64,000 nt of DNA from a virus, in IMG/VR virus record IMGVR_UViG_3300045988_177924. The stretch is one strand, 5' to 3'. Positions 9,317 to 19,226 of the stretch are shown piece after piece; position 1 is the first letter of the stretch; every line of letters begins with the position of its first letter. The notes below the pieces were generated by a model. The model was not told where the DNA came from. It saw only the letters and a program-made list of their open reading frames with translations, and ran no database searches. Both the position numbers and the translations under genes were made by a program.

Positions 9317-10876
9317 ATGGCAGAAACAAAGAAAAGACTTACTAATAAATTAGCAGTGTTACAAGTGCTTGCTTGTCTGATGAAAAACCCGCTGCTATGC
9401 AACAGGGCAGAATACAATATCGAAATGGATGACTTTGTGGAACAATTTCATCGTATATTGTACGGTGCCATTAGTAATTTATCCTCTTCTGGACTGAAAA
9501 CCATTACCTACATTGATATTGACCAATACTTGGCTCAATACCCAATGCAATATAAGGTGTTTACTGATAACAGAGGCGTCGAATACGTTATTAAAGCGTT
9601 GGAAATCGCTGAAGAACGTAACTTCCCCTATTATTACAACACCTTGAAGAAGATGAGCCTCTTAAATAAACTTAAGGACAACGGCTTTGATATTAGCGAT
9701 TTTTACGACGATAGTGTTGTAGATCCTCTTAAAGCTGCAGAACTTCAAGAAAGGCTCGATTCTTATACGATTGAACAAATTATAGGAACCTACGAAACCA
9801 AGTTCATTCAAGTTAAAGACAATTTTGCAAAGAATCGTGGTATCGTACAAACCAAAGTAGGCGACGGGTTGCGTGAAACCAAAGAGCGTCTCAAAGAGAC
9901 ACCGGAATTGGGATTGCCGTTAACCACCCCCAAGTTGACTACATTGTATCGCGGGCAACGATTGAAGAAACTTTATCTTGAATCTTCTGCACAAGGTGTT
10001 GGCAAGTCTCGTCGAATGGCTGCAGAATCTGCTCATTTGGCCGTACCCAAGATTTTTGACACAGAGCACAACTGTTGGGTGAAAACCCAGCTTCAAGAAA
10101 ACGTGTTGTTTATTTCAACAGAATTGGAGTTGGAAGAAGTTCAAACAATGTGGCTGTCTTATGTTTCCGGCGTACCTGAGCATAAGATTCTGGACGGCAA
10201 ATACAGCGCGGGTGAGGAACAGAGAGTTGATACGGCAATCGAATTGCTCGAGGCCTCAAATTTATACTTTGTTCAAATCAGTAACTACGATATGGACGAT
10301 ATCGAAAACTTAATTAGGAAGTATTACCAAATAAACAAGGTTAATTATGTGTATTACGACTATTTAAGTACCACTATCAAAATAATGTCGGAAGGTGCTA
10401 CAAAATCTCGCATTAGTAACTTGCGTGAAGATCAAATCTTGTTGATGTTTACCACGAGGCTAAAAGACTTGTGTAACGAATTAGACATCTTTATTTGGAC
10501 GGCTACTCAGTTGTCTGGCGACTGGAAAAACGCTAAAGAGGCCGACCAACAACTGTTGCGTGGTGCGAAATCAATTTCGGACAAGATCGACATTGGTAGC
10601 ATTATGTTGCCGGTTCGTGAGGCCGACAAGCCAATTATTGAATCGTATTTGGCAAAAGGGTTCCAGCTTGAACCTACGCACGTTATCCACGTTTACAAAG
10701 TACGTCGCGGACATTATAACAATATTAAAGTCTATATTAACTTTGATCGGTCGACTTGTCGCGCCGTTGAGTGTTTTGTTACTGATAATAATGGCAACTT
10801 GTTAAACATTGAAGACACGAGTATCGAGGTTGTGTTTGACAAAACGTTCGAAGAAAAGTACGATTTTGTTTTTTGA
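9317..10876 (+). CDS. dnaB: replicative DNA helicase, DnaB family
   Basis: DnaB-like N-terminal domain, a RecA-like core with Walker A AQGVGKS, and a typical length of 519 aa. Confidence 0.85.
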   Translation: MAETKKRLTNKLAVLQVLACLMKNPLLCNRAEYNIEMDDFVEQFHRILYGAISNLSSSGLKTITYIDIDQYLAQYPMQYKVFTDNRGVEYVIKALEIAEERNFPYYYNTLKKMSLLNKLKDNGFDISDFYDDSVVDPLKAAELQERLDSYTIEQIIGTYETKFIQVKDNFAKNRGIVQTKVGDGLRETKERLKETPELGLPLTTPKLTTLYRGQRLKKLYLESSAQGVGKSRRMAAESAHLAVPKIFDTEHNCWVKTQLQENVLFISTELELEEVQTMWLSYVSGVPEHKILDGKYSAGEEQRVDTAIELLEASNLYFVQISNYDMDDIENLIRKYYQINKVNYVYYDYLSTTIKIMSEGATKSRISNLREDQILLMFTTRLKDLCNELDIFIWTATQLSGDWKNAKEADQQLLRGAKSISDKIDIGSIMLPVREADKPIIESYLAKGFQLEPTHVIHVYKVRRGHYNNIKVYINFDRSTCRAVECFVTDNNGNLLNIEDTSIEVVFDKTFEEKYDFVF

Positions 10877-10884
10877 GGTGAATA

Positions 10885-12024
10885 ATGGATACTTCGAAAG
10901 TAAAAGCATTGTTGTCCACCGAAGACATTATCAGGTTGGTTACTGAGGGATTGGGCTCTAATGGCAATCTTTGGGATTCGTCTGGGGCACCAATTTTTCA
11001 AACAATCTGTCACAACCCGCCGGGATTTGGTAGTTACAAATTATATTATTATCCCGATTCTCAAACATTTTATTGCTACACCGAATGTGGTTCAATGGAT
11101 GTTTTTGAATTGGTTCAAAAAGCGAAGGGTTTTGAATCGTTTTTAGAGGCGTATAAATACGTTATCAATTTCTTTCATTTAGATGTAAGACGTCGCGGGT
11201 TTATCGACGACACCGAGAAAGAACTGAGTGACGATTGGAATATTTTAAACAAATATGATTTCTATCAAAAAGTTCAAAAACCTGACGCTTCGTTGCCAAT
11301 ATTACCCACAAATATCTTACAATGTTTTGGCCCCTTAGCCAGCCCGATGGAGTGGAAAACCGAGCACATAACGGCCGAAACGATGAGAAAGTTTGGTATT
11401 CGTGTTGATATTGCCAACCAAAAAATTATAATTCCTCACTACGATATGGATGGCAACTTAGTAGGAATTAGAGGGCGCTCGTATGACACCAACGACTTAT
11501 TGGATGGGCGAAAATATATGCCAGCATATTTAGAAGGCACTTGTTATCGGCATCCGTTAGGTTCTTGTTTATACGGTTTACACGAAAATCTTGAAGCAAT
11601 CAAAAAACATAAGAAGATTATGTTAGTGGAAAGTGAAAAGAGTGTCATGCAGTGCTACAGTTATTATGGCGAGAATTGTTTTGTAGCAGCTACCTGTGGC
11701 TCGTCTATATCCCCCGTACAGATTGATTTACTGTTGCGACTGGGAGTGGAAGAAGTTATTCTGGCATACGATAGAGAAAACGACACAGATCCAGAATCAG
11801 AGCTTACCAAAGCTTATGAACAAAAGTTGCTCAAAACTGTATTACCGCTTACAAAATATACTAACACATATGTAGTTATGGACTACGAAGGCTTATTGCC
11901 ATACAAGGGTTCGCCCAGTGATAATGGGCGTGAAACCCTTGAAAAATTAATGAAGAAGAAGATCTATATACCATCCCCCGAAGTAGACTTCAAAAAGGAG
12001 CGAAGACGTGCCACAAAGAAGTAA
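10885..12024 (+). CDS. dnaG: DNA primase (zinc-finger plus TOPRIM)
   Basis: Cys/His cluster YCYTECG near the N-terminus and a TOPRIM-like IMLVESEKSVM .. AYDREND. Adjacent to dnaB. Confidence 0.75.
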   Translation: MDTSKVKALLSTEDIIRLVTEGLGSNGNLWDSSGAPIFQTICHNPPGFGSYKLYYYPDSQTFYCYTECGSMDVFELVQKAKGFESFLEAYKYVINFFHLDVRRRGFIDDTEKELSDDWNILNKYDFYQKVQKPDASLPILPTNILQCFGPLASPMEWKTEHITAETMRKFGIRVDIANQKIIIPHYDMDGNLVGIRGRSYDTNDLLDGRKYMPAYLEGTCYRHPLGSCLYGLHENLEAIKKHKKIMLVESEKSVMQCYSYYGENCFVAATCGSSISPVQIDLLLRLGVEEVILAYDRENDTDPESELTKAYEQKLLKTVLPLTKYTNTYVVMDYEGLLPYKGSPSDNGRETLEKLMKKKIYIPSPEVDFKKERRRATKK

Positions 12025-13051
12025 AGTAGAGAGATTCTCTTATACGAAACTCGACACCTACAAACAGTGTGGGTGGAAATATAAACTTCAATATGTTGAA
12101 GGAAGATTCTTCGCCGCCGATACTATCGCCACAAGCATTGGTACCTTGGTTCACTGGATTGAACAGCGCATCTCCGAAGCGTATATCAATGGACGAGAGC
12201 CCGATTATCCTGCGCTGCTTGAAGATTTTTGGAATTGCAACATTCCACAAAAAGACAAATACGATAGAACTGGTGGCATCCAGGGCGTTAACTTTTTACG
12301 ACAAAAATACGTTGATGAATTTTACGAAATCGACAAATACGGTAGTTCTTATGCACAAAGATGTAAGTTCTACGCCGAGGTTGGTATTTATCGTCAACAA
12401 AAGTTTTTGGAAGAACACCCCGACATCGAGCTTGTTGATGTTGAAAAGTATTTTGAATATACGTACAAAGGGCGTTTATTCAGCGGATATATTGATCGTA
12501 TATGGAGATACAAAGGTACTGATAAATATATCATCGATGATATAAAAACCAAGGCTGCGCCATTTGATGAAAAGAATGACGTACCTACACCATTACAAAT
12601 GAAGATTTACACCATGGCTCTTAAAAGTTGTTACAATCTTGCAACCGAGCCAGATGAGTGTTACTGGGATTTGCCGTTTATTGATATGAGGCAACGCGCG
12701 GGAACCAAAGGATGGCTCAAACGTGCGGACGCGAAGTTAGAGAAGCTGTTTGCTGGAATCGACGCGCAAGATTGGACACCACACCCATCCCCTCTCTGTC
12801 ACTGGTGTAACTTCTGCGGGACAAATCCGAACCAACCGGAAGGTGCCAAACATCTTTGTCCGTATCAGTGCCAATGGACACAGGATAATAAAACATTTGA
12901 CAAACTGAACGAATGGGAAGGAATGGAACGACACGAGGCTATTATGCGCCATTATCTGATGGAACAGTGCAGAGATTTGACCGATGAGGAGCGCGAGAAC
13001 ATTCCGCCGGACCGCGAAAAAATTAAAAAAAAGTATAACTTTATCTTTTAA
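12008..13051 (+). CDS. PD-(D/E)XK nuclease, Cas4/RecB-like, with a Cys cluster
   Basis: GTG start 7 nt after AAGGAG. Contains YKQCGWKYKLQY, GYIDRI .. IIDDIKTK (D..D-x-K), and a C-terminal CHWCNFC ... C cluster. Confidence 0.8.
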   Translation: MPQRSKVERFSYTKLDTYKQCGWKYKLQYVEGRFFAADTIATSIGTLVHWIEQRISEAYINGREPDYPALLEDFWNCNIPQKDKYDRTGGIQGVNFLRQKYVDEFYEIDKYGSSYAQRCKFYAEVGIYRQQKFLEEHPDIELVDVEKYFEYTYKGRLFSGYIDRIWRYKGTDKYIIDDIKTKAAPFDEKNDVPTPLQMKIYTMALKSCYNLATEPDECYWDLPFIDMRQRAGTKGWLKRADAKLEKLFAGIDAQDWTPHPSPLCHWCNFCGTNPNQPEGAKHLCPYQCQWTQDNKTFDKLNEWEGMERHEAIMRHYLMEQCRDLTDEERENIPPDREKIKKKYNFIF

Positions 13052-13062
13052 GGAGAAAACCT

Positions 13063-13386
13063 ATGGGACTGTTTTTTGATACATTATTTGGCCCTCCGCA
13101 AACAATGACACGAGAGCTTGGGTTGCGCATCTATTATATAATGACGGCTGCCTTTCGAGCTGACGAAATAGACCAAAATCCTTATCGTTTTGACTATGCA
13201 CACGCATATCTGGTTGCCGCTAAACAACTTGATCCTATCGTCACATCTAAAACGATTCAACAAAATGTTGCTGCTATTGTCGGCGATATGTTGACTGAAG
13301 ACAGGATGTTGGGGCGTCAAAACGCTGAAGAACGCGCACGAGCTTTTGCAGAACGTTTTAATACATTTTACCCAAATCTATTATAA
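13063..13386 (+). CDS. hypothetical protein
   Basis: AAGGAG SD upstream. 107 aa. Confidence 0.6.
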   Translation: MGLFFDTLFGPPQTMTRELGLRIYYIMTAAFRADEIDQNPYRFDYAHAYLVAAKQLDPIVTSKTIQQNVAAIVGDMLTEDRMLGRQNAEERARAFAERFNTFYPNLL

Positions 13387-13399
13387 GGAGACTATAGTT

Positions 13400-13846
13400 G
13401 TGACTAATCAGCTTATGTACACATTGATTCAATTTACCTGGGGCATTCTCCAAAACCTTGTGGGTTTGGTAATGTTTTTGGTATGCAAAATGCTTGGATA
13501 TAAATCCAAGAAGTACAAAAATGCTATCGTGACCAAGTGGAACAACAAATACGGTTCCGTGTCACTTGGAATGTTTTTGTTTGTAACCGACGACGAGGAC
13601 GAAGAGCTGGTGGCTCACGAATATGGCCACTCGTTACAAAGTCTGTTTCTTGGGCCGTTATTTTTGTTTGTGATTGGATTGCCGTCAATCTGCTGGGCGG
13701 CGTTTGGCGACAATTATATGAAAAAACATAACAAGACTTACTATGACTTTTACACAGAAAAATGGTCCAATGAACTAGTCGGTTTAGACAGGTATGGCCA
13801 TTTTCTTCCTAAAGCGGACGTAAACACAAAGAGCGATCATGAGTAA
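13400..13846 (+). CDS. membrane protein with an HExxH motif
   Basis: GTG 13400 lies 9 nt after AAGGAG. Has hydrophobic segments and the motif VAHEYGHS. Confidence 0.55.
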   Translation: MTNQLMYTLIQFTWGILQNLVGLVMFLVCKMLGYKSKKYKNAIVTKWNNKYGSVSLGMFLFVTDDEDEELVAHEYGHSLQSLFLGPLFLFVIGLPSICWAAFGDNYMKKHNKTYYDFYTEKWSNELVGLDRYGHFLPKADVNTKSDHE

Positions 13847-14588
13847 GAAGTTTTTCGTAATTGCTGATGTTCATTCGTTTTACACCGAAATGAAGAACGC
13901 GTTGGATGTGGCGGGGTTCGAAATTAATAACCCCGACCACATTTTAATCTCTTGTGGTGACGTGCTCGACCGTGGTCCACAATCATCGGAAGTGCTAGAA
14001 TTCTTACTGTCTATCCCTAAAGACCGTCGAATTTTTATTCGAGGTAACCACGAAGATTTGCTTGAAGATTGCATTAGCCGTCGTGATTTTTATCCCAATG
14101 ATATTTCCAATGGCACGTTAAAAACAATTTTTAATTTGTGTGGTCTCCAAGATGACGCATTTTGGTTTGGTGTTCCCGGCGACCCAAATGGTGATTATCA
14201 TCAAATATTCGATCGCGTCGCCAATGTTAAACCATTATGGGATTACCTCGCAGAATGTGTCGATTTTTACGAGTTGGGCACATATATCTTTGTGCACTCC
14301 TGGGTTCCTATTGGTGTTACCGACTTACGACAAGCCACCAAAGAAGAGTGGCGCAGTGCAAGATGGGGAAATCCGTTTAAGTTGTGGAATCGTGGATACC
14401 GAATTCCTGACAAAACTGTCGTAGTTGGTCATTGGCACACAAGTTGGGCGCATAGTTTCTTACATAACAAGGGGACAGAATTTGGTGACGATTCTTGCTT
14501 TGATATCTTTGTCGATGATGGTATTGTAGGCCTCGATGCTTGCACAGTCCATAGTCACAAATGTAATTGTTTTGTCATAGAGGAGTAG
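13839..14588 (+). CDS. calcineurin-like metallophosphatase (Ser/Thr phosphatase or ApaH type)
   Basis: Contains IADVHS, GDVLDRGP and RGNHED. Confidence 0.8.
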   Translation: MSKKFFVIADVHSFYTEMKNALDVAGFEINNPDHILISCGDVLDRGPQSSEVLEFLLSIPKDRRIFIRGNHEDLLEDCISRRDFYPNDISNGTLKTIFNLCGLQDDAFWFGVPGDPNGDYHQIFDRVANVKPLWDYLAECVDFYELGTYIFVHSWVPIGVTDLRQATKEEWRSARWGNPFKLWNRGYRIPDKTVVVGHWHTSWAHSFLHNKGTEFGDDSCFDIFVDDGIVGLDACTVHSHKCNCFVIEE

Positions 14589-14589
14589 A

Positions 14590-15147
14590 ATGTCAGATTT
14601 TCAAGTAGAGATTCTTAGACATCCAACCGACGAAGATTGGATGTTATGTAAACAATGTACTTTAGTAACAATAGGCAAAGATGCTAAACAGCCGCCAACT
14701 GACGAGTGGAAGCACAGGATTTTAGCCTCTGAACACAGCCCAATTAGGGTATTACATTTTGTTTTTCGTATCACGAACGTCCCCTATTGGGTCGTAGGGC
14801 ACTTAGTGAGGCACGTTCACGCCACACCGTTTGTTAAGACGCAACGGAACGATCGTCAGAAAAACTATGACCGAGGTAAAGCACCCCAAGATGCGCCGGT
14901 TGACTTTTGCTGGGAGATGAACGCTCAGGAGCTCATGACGATTGCCCATAAGCGTTTATGTAATCAAGCAAGTCCCGAGACGCATGCTGTGGTTGCTGAA
15001 ATTTGCCGTCAAGTGGAAATACTTAACCCCGAATTCACAGGGTTACTCGTTCCAAACTGCGTCTATCGCGGAGGGAAATGTACAGAATTTTACCCTTGTG
15101 GAGCGGCCGAGAAAATGGTAGAAAAATATTCAAAAAGGTGTCAGTGA
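14590..15147 (+). CDS. ThyX-fold protein with a degenerate active-site motif
   Basis: SEHSPIRVLHFVFRITNVPYWVVGHLVRHVHATPFVKTQRN aligns with the ThyX core (H.S..E..F.F.I.G.SR....QLVRHRIAS.SQQSQRY), but RHR..S reads RHVHAT here. Confidence 0.5.
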   Translation: MSDFQVEILRHPTDEDWMLCKQCTLVTIGKDAKQPPTDEWKHRILASEHSPIRVLHFVFRITNVPYWVVGHLVRHVHATPFVKTQRNDRQKNYDRGKAPQDAPVDFCWEMNAQELMTIAHKRLCNQASPETHAVVAEICRQVEILNPEFTGLLVPNCVYRGGKCTEFYPCGAAEKMVEKYSKRCQ

Positions 15148-15166
15148 AAGTTGACACCTTTTTGTA
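15132..15166 (+). terminator. intrinsic terminator whose 3' arm carries the next -35 element
   Basis: Perfect 12-bp arms AAAAAGGTGTCA (15132-15143) and TGACACCTTTTT (15152-15163), an 8-nt loop containing the upstream stop codon, then a T-run. Confidence 0.7.
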
Positions 15167-15179
15167 TTTGTGGTAATAT
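15138..15179 (+). promoter_or_regulatory. sigma-A-type promoter with upstream GTCA half-site
   Basis: GTGTCA 15138-15143, N7, TTGACA 15151-15156, N17, TAATAT 15174-15179. Confidence 0.7.
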
Positions 15180-15202
15180 AACAAGAGAGAAAGGAGAGTT
15201 AT

Positions 15203-17590
15203 ATGTTTTGTTCTATACACAATCACACAGCCTATAGTAATTTACATTTGAGAGATTCCATCAATCGTATCCCTGAAATGATTAACAAAGCCATTGAATA
15301 CGGCTTTAATGGTTTGGCGATCACTGACCACGAAGTTATTAGTGGTCATATTGAAGCTTTGAATTGTGGGGACAAAATACGTGAAGAACATCCTGACTTT
15401 AAGATTATCCTCGGTAACGAGATTTATCTTATAGACGAAAACGAATATAAAAACGCCGACAAGTATTGGCACTTCATTCTTTTGGCGAAAGACGAAATTG
15501 GCCACAGACAATTGCGTGAGCTTTCCAGTCAAGCCTGGGAGCGCTCCTATATGGAACGCGGACAACGCCGCACACCCACTTTTTATCAAGATTTTGAAAG
15601 AATTATTGGTAAAAATAAAGGACATTTGATTGCCTCTACGGCGTGCGTCGGTGGTCGTTTGGGTACGAGTATTTTACGCAGGGATTCGGATTCAATCAAT
15701 TTCATGATCAATTGGATGGTAGACACCTTTGGTGAGGGAAATTGTTTTTTGGAGATGCAAGACTCCGATTCCGATGACCAACAAGATGTTAACCGTTATA
15801 TCATAAAGTTGTCTGAATTTTTTGGCATACCTTATATTGTAACACAGGATGCCCACTATCTCAACAAGGAAGATCTTTCTATTTTTGAAAAGTTCTTAAA
15901 CAGTAAAGAAGAAAGTGACCGCGAAGTTAACGCGTTCTATAAATACACCTATATAAAACCCGAAGATGAGATTCGTCAAATCTTGTCTTATCTCCCGAGC
16001 GACGTTGTCGACACTGCGATTAATAATACTCAATTAATTTATAATCAAATTGAATACTATGATATGCGCTGCCCCATCATCGTTCCCGAACGTAAATTGC
16101 CAGAATTTCAAGTACGCCACTTGCTCAAGGATTGGTATGAGAGTTGTCCCAACATCAAGTTTTATGCGTATAGTGAATTCCCACAAGATAGATTTTTGCT
16201 TTATTCGATAGAGCAAGGGATTCTTGATAAAAAGTTTGTGGTAGGCAAAGAACAAGCAGAGAGAATAGAGATTGAGCTTTATACGCTTAAAGTGGTTAGC
16301 GACTCTCTTGGCCAACGCATGAGTGCCTATCTCAACTTAGTAAAAGAAATTATCGACATTGCTTGGGAAGTCACCTTCGTCGGCGTGTCAAGAGGCTCCG
16401 CAATGGCTTTTTTGATTAACTATCTTATAGGCATTACACAAGCCAATCCTATGGTGTATAATGTCCCTTATTGGCGGTTCATGAACATCGAAAGTGGGGC
16501 TACTCTACCGGACATCGATTGCGACTTCTCGAACGACAAAGCGCCAGAATTAATGGAAGCCTTGCGCCAACATTATGGTTATGATCGTGTTTTAAACACT
16601 TTAACTTATAAAAGAGAATCATTAAAGTCTGCAATCCTGACCGCTTGTCGTGGTCTCGACATCCCAGTTGACGAAGCTCAACCTTTGTCTGCGATGGTGC
16701 CAATGTCGCGTGGGCACGTGTACACTTTGGAAGAATGTGAAAATGGCAACGAAGAACAAGGATATGAACCCGCTCCCGAACTTATCAAAGCGCTTAAAGC
16801 CTATCCTAATCTTTATGAAACGGTCTGTAAAATAGAAGGGTTAATTTCAGGTGCGGGAGTTCACGCTTCAGCTTGCTATGTGTTCTCTCACGGCTATCTT
16901 GAACATTTAGGAATGATGCGTGCCCCCAATGGAACTCGTATCACTTGCTATGATTACCGTGCGGCAGATCAGGTTGGTTCATTGAAGTTTGACTGTTTAT
17001 ATACCGATGCTCAAACCAAACTAATGAAATGTATAGAGCTGTTGCTTAAAGCGGGCGAGATTCAATGGCAAGGTTCGTTAAGAGCAACTTACAACAAGTA
17101 TTTACATCCTGATGTGCTTGATTATACAAATCCTCAAATGTGGGAAGATATGCAAAATGGCAAGATCGCCAATCTCTTCCAGTTCGAAACTCAAGTTGGA
17201 GCCGTTTGTATCAAACGTACTCGTCCTACGTCGGTTGCGGAACTTGGAGCAGCCAACGCTGTTATGAGATTAATGGGCGAAGAGGGCGAAGAACGCCCCC
17301 TGGACAGATATGTTAGATTCCGTAACGATATCAATGAATGGTACAAAGAAATGGATGAAGCTGGTTTAACTCCTGAAGAACAGCAAGTTCTCAAAGAAGA
17401 GTTGTTGTCCAAATATGGCAATTCTGTTGAACAAGAAGATATGATGCGCTTAGTACAACGTCCTGAAATTGCGAATTTTACTTTGGGTGAGGCAAACTTG
17501 TTACGCAAAGCAGTGGCAAAAAAAGACGCAAAGAAAATTGAGAAAATGAAAAAACGTTTCTTTGAGGCAGTTGACGAAGGGGGAGAATGA
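15203..17590 (+). CDS. dnaE: DNA polymerase III alpha (DnaE-type), N-terminal piece: PHP, palm and fingers
   Basis: PHP motif HNHTAYSNL...AITDHEVISGH at the N-terminus. 795 aa. It ends in the region that normally precedes the (HhH)2/OB part. Confidence 0.85.
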   Translation: MFCSIHNHTAYSNLHLRDSINRIPEMINKAIEYGFNGLAITDHEVISGHIEALNCGDKIREEHPDFKIILGNEIYLIDENEYKNADKYWHFILLAKDEIGHRQLRELSSQAWERSYMERGQRRTPTFYQDFERIIGKNKGHLIASTACVGGRLGTSILRRDSDSINFMINWMVDTFGEGNCFLEMQDSDSDDQQDVNRYIIKLSEFFGIPYIVTQDAHYLNKEDLSIFEKFLNSKEESDREVNAFYKYTYIKPEDEIRQILSYLPSDVVDTAINNTQLIYNQIEYYDMRCPIIVPERKLPEFQVRHLLKDWYESCPNIKFYAYSEFPQDRFLLYSIEQGILDKKFVVGKEQAERIEIELYTLKVVSDSLGQRMSAYLNLVKEIIDIAWEVTFVGVSRGSAMAFLINYLIGITQANPMVYNVPYWRFMNIESGATLPDIDCDFSNDKAPELMEALRQHYGYDRVLNTLTYKRESLKSAILTACRGLDIPVDEAQPLSAMVPMSRGHVYTLEECENGNEEQGYEPAPELIKALKAYPNLYETVCKIEGLISGAGVHASACYVFSHGYLEHLGMMRAPNGTRITCYDYRAADQVGSLKFDCLYTDAQTKLMKCIELLLKAGEIQWQGSLRATYNKYLHPDVLDYTNPQMWEDMQNGKIANLFQFETQVGAVCIKRTRPTSVAELGAANAVMRLMGEEGEERPLDRYVRFRNDINEWYKEMDEAGLTPEEQQVLKEELLSKYGNSVEQEDMMRLVQRPEIANFTLGEANLLRKAVAKKDAKKIEKMKKRFFEAVDEGGE

Positions 17591-17594
17591 ACAA

Positions 17595-19169
17595 ATGGCT
17601 AGAAAAGAGTATCTTGATTATTGTTGGAACCATTTAGTTAAACCGCAAATTGGCTATAGCTTTTCTATTCCTCACGATATTGCTTATAGTATCGAAGCAG
17701 TACAAGAGGCAAACCTTGCTACGCGCTATAATCCCCTCTTTTGGTCGTGTGCTTGCTTGTGTGTGAACGCAGGTTCTTCTGCCACCGATTTCGAAGACAA
17801 TGGTGACGAAGATTATGGTGATGAAGAAAATATCACTTCGCCCTGGGAAACCGATGTCGACGACGATATTAGTGATGCCGACGAGATCAAAAAGACTAAA
17901 TCCGTTCCCATCAACTATCCCAAAATTGCCAAGGCTATCAGCGACGCACAACAAAGCGGTGTGCAAATTATGTTGCCTGATATTAATCTAGCACAGTTAG
18001 ACTTCATTCCCGACATTAAGCACAACGCTATTGTTTATAGTTTGTCGACCATTACTAACATCAACCAAGAGTGGGCTAAGGCCATCATTGCTGGCCGTCC
18101 TTACTCCTCGCTTGAGGATTTTATGAGCCATCTGACACTCACGCCGGTTCAAATGATTTCATTGATTAAAGCAGGTTCTTTTGATGCCATTGAGAACCGT
18201 CCGCGTCAGGCAATCATGCGCTCATATCTCGAAGCGTATGCTCGTACCAAAGTAACCTTTAAAGAAAAGGTAACCACCGTCCATTTGGGTAAAGCTATTG
18301 AGTTTGGTATTGTCCCTGACGATTATAAATCTCACGTTCGCATGTTTAACTATAAAAAGTGGATTGATAAAAACGAGAAACAGGCGGACAAGAAAATCTA
18401 CGCTATCGTCGACCCTGACAGTGTTCAATTCTTTGAACGTTACCTCAAAGATAAAATGGTGTTGGGCAAAGATTACGATACCGTTCCGGCGGGATATACA
18501 TTCAAAACCTCAACTTTTGAGAAAAAATACAAAGAGATTATGGCACCCGTTATGGAGTGGTTTAGCTCCAACGAAGGCCGTCAAGCTTTATATCGTGCGG
18601 AATGTGAAGATGTGGTTAAGTCAATGTGGGATAAATATTGCCAAGGAAGTCTGAGCACGTGGGAAATGTCATCAATGAGTTTCTATTACAGCGGCCACGA
18701 ATTGGCGAATATGAAATCGCTTGCATATAATCTACGTTCTTTTAAAGACCTCCCCGAAGAACTCAAACCTCTTAGGATGAAAACGCTTAAAAGCGGCAAA
18801 GAAACTCCCGTATACGATGTGGTTGGTATTGCTGGCACTGTGGTCGGCGCTAATAATAATAAACATATTGTGACCTTACTCACCCCAACGGGCGTGGTAG
18901 ATGTCAAGTTTTATGCCGAGGCTTATATTCATTATAACAAGAATATTAGTACGGTGGATACCAATGGCAAGAAAACAATGATTGAAAAATCTTGGTTTAC
19001 ACGCGGTAATAAATTGCTTATATATGGCGTACGCCAAGAAAATATGTTTTTACCAAAGACCGATTATGATAAGGGTATCCGTCATTCGGTTAATTTAATT
19101 GAATCATGCTCGAGCGAATATCCCAAACTAAAATTCGAGCGTGAAAAAACAAAGAATTCGTCACAATAA
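17595..19169 (+). CDS. dnaE: DNA polymerase III alpha, C-terminal piece
   Basis: ATG 17595 lies 4 nt after the upstream TGA and behind GGGGGAG, in a different frame. The sequence GYSFSIPHDIAYSIEAVQEANLATRYNPLFW matches the DnaE segment Y.FNKSHS.AY....Q.A.LK..YP.EF. Confidence 0.8.
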   Translation: MARKEYLDYCWNHLVKPQIGYSFSIPHDIAYSIEAVQEANLATRYNPLFWSCACLCVNAGSSATDFEDNGDEDYGDEENITSPWETDVDDDISDADEIKKTKSVPINYPKIAKAISDAQQSGVQIMLPDINLAQLDFIPDIKHNAIVYSLSTITNINQEWAKAIIAGRPYSSLEDFMSHLTLTPVQMISLIKAGSFDAIENRPRQAIMRSYLEAYARTKVTFKEKVTTVHLGKAIEFGIVPDDYKSHVRMFNYKKWIDKNEKQADKKIYAIVDPDSVQFFERYLKDKMVLGKDYDTVPAGYTFKTSTFEKKYKEIMAPVMEWFSSNEGRQALYRAECEDVVKSMWDKYCQGSLSTWEMSSMSFYYSGHELANMKSLAYNLRSFKDLPEELKPLRMKTLKSGKETPVYDVVGIAGTVVGANNNKHIVTLLTPTGVVDVKFYAEAYIHYNKNISTVDTNGKKTMIEKSWFTRGNKLLIYGVRQENMFLPKTDYDKGIRHSVNLIESCSSEYPKLKFEREKTKNSSQ

Positions 19170-19199
19170 GTTGACAACAGGAGCTTTTTGTGTTAATAT
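19158..19199 (+). promoter_or_regulatory. sigma-A-type promoter with upstream GTCA half-site
   Basis: TCGTCA 19158-19163, N7, TTGACA 19171-19176, N17, TAATAT 19194-19199. Confidence 0.7.
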
Positions 19200-19226
19200 G
19201 AATTCAAATTGCAAGCAGAGGTAGTA

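Noticed and set aside
17562-17594. ORF-track start (17562) of the second DnaE piece, and the possibility of an intein or intron at the split
   Set aside because: The 17562 start overlaps the first ORF and has no SD, whereas ATG 17595 follows GGGGGAG. Only 4 nt separate the two ORFs, so no intervening element fits.
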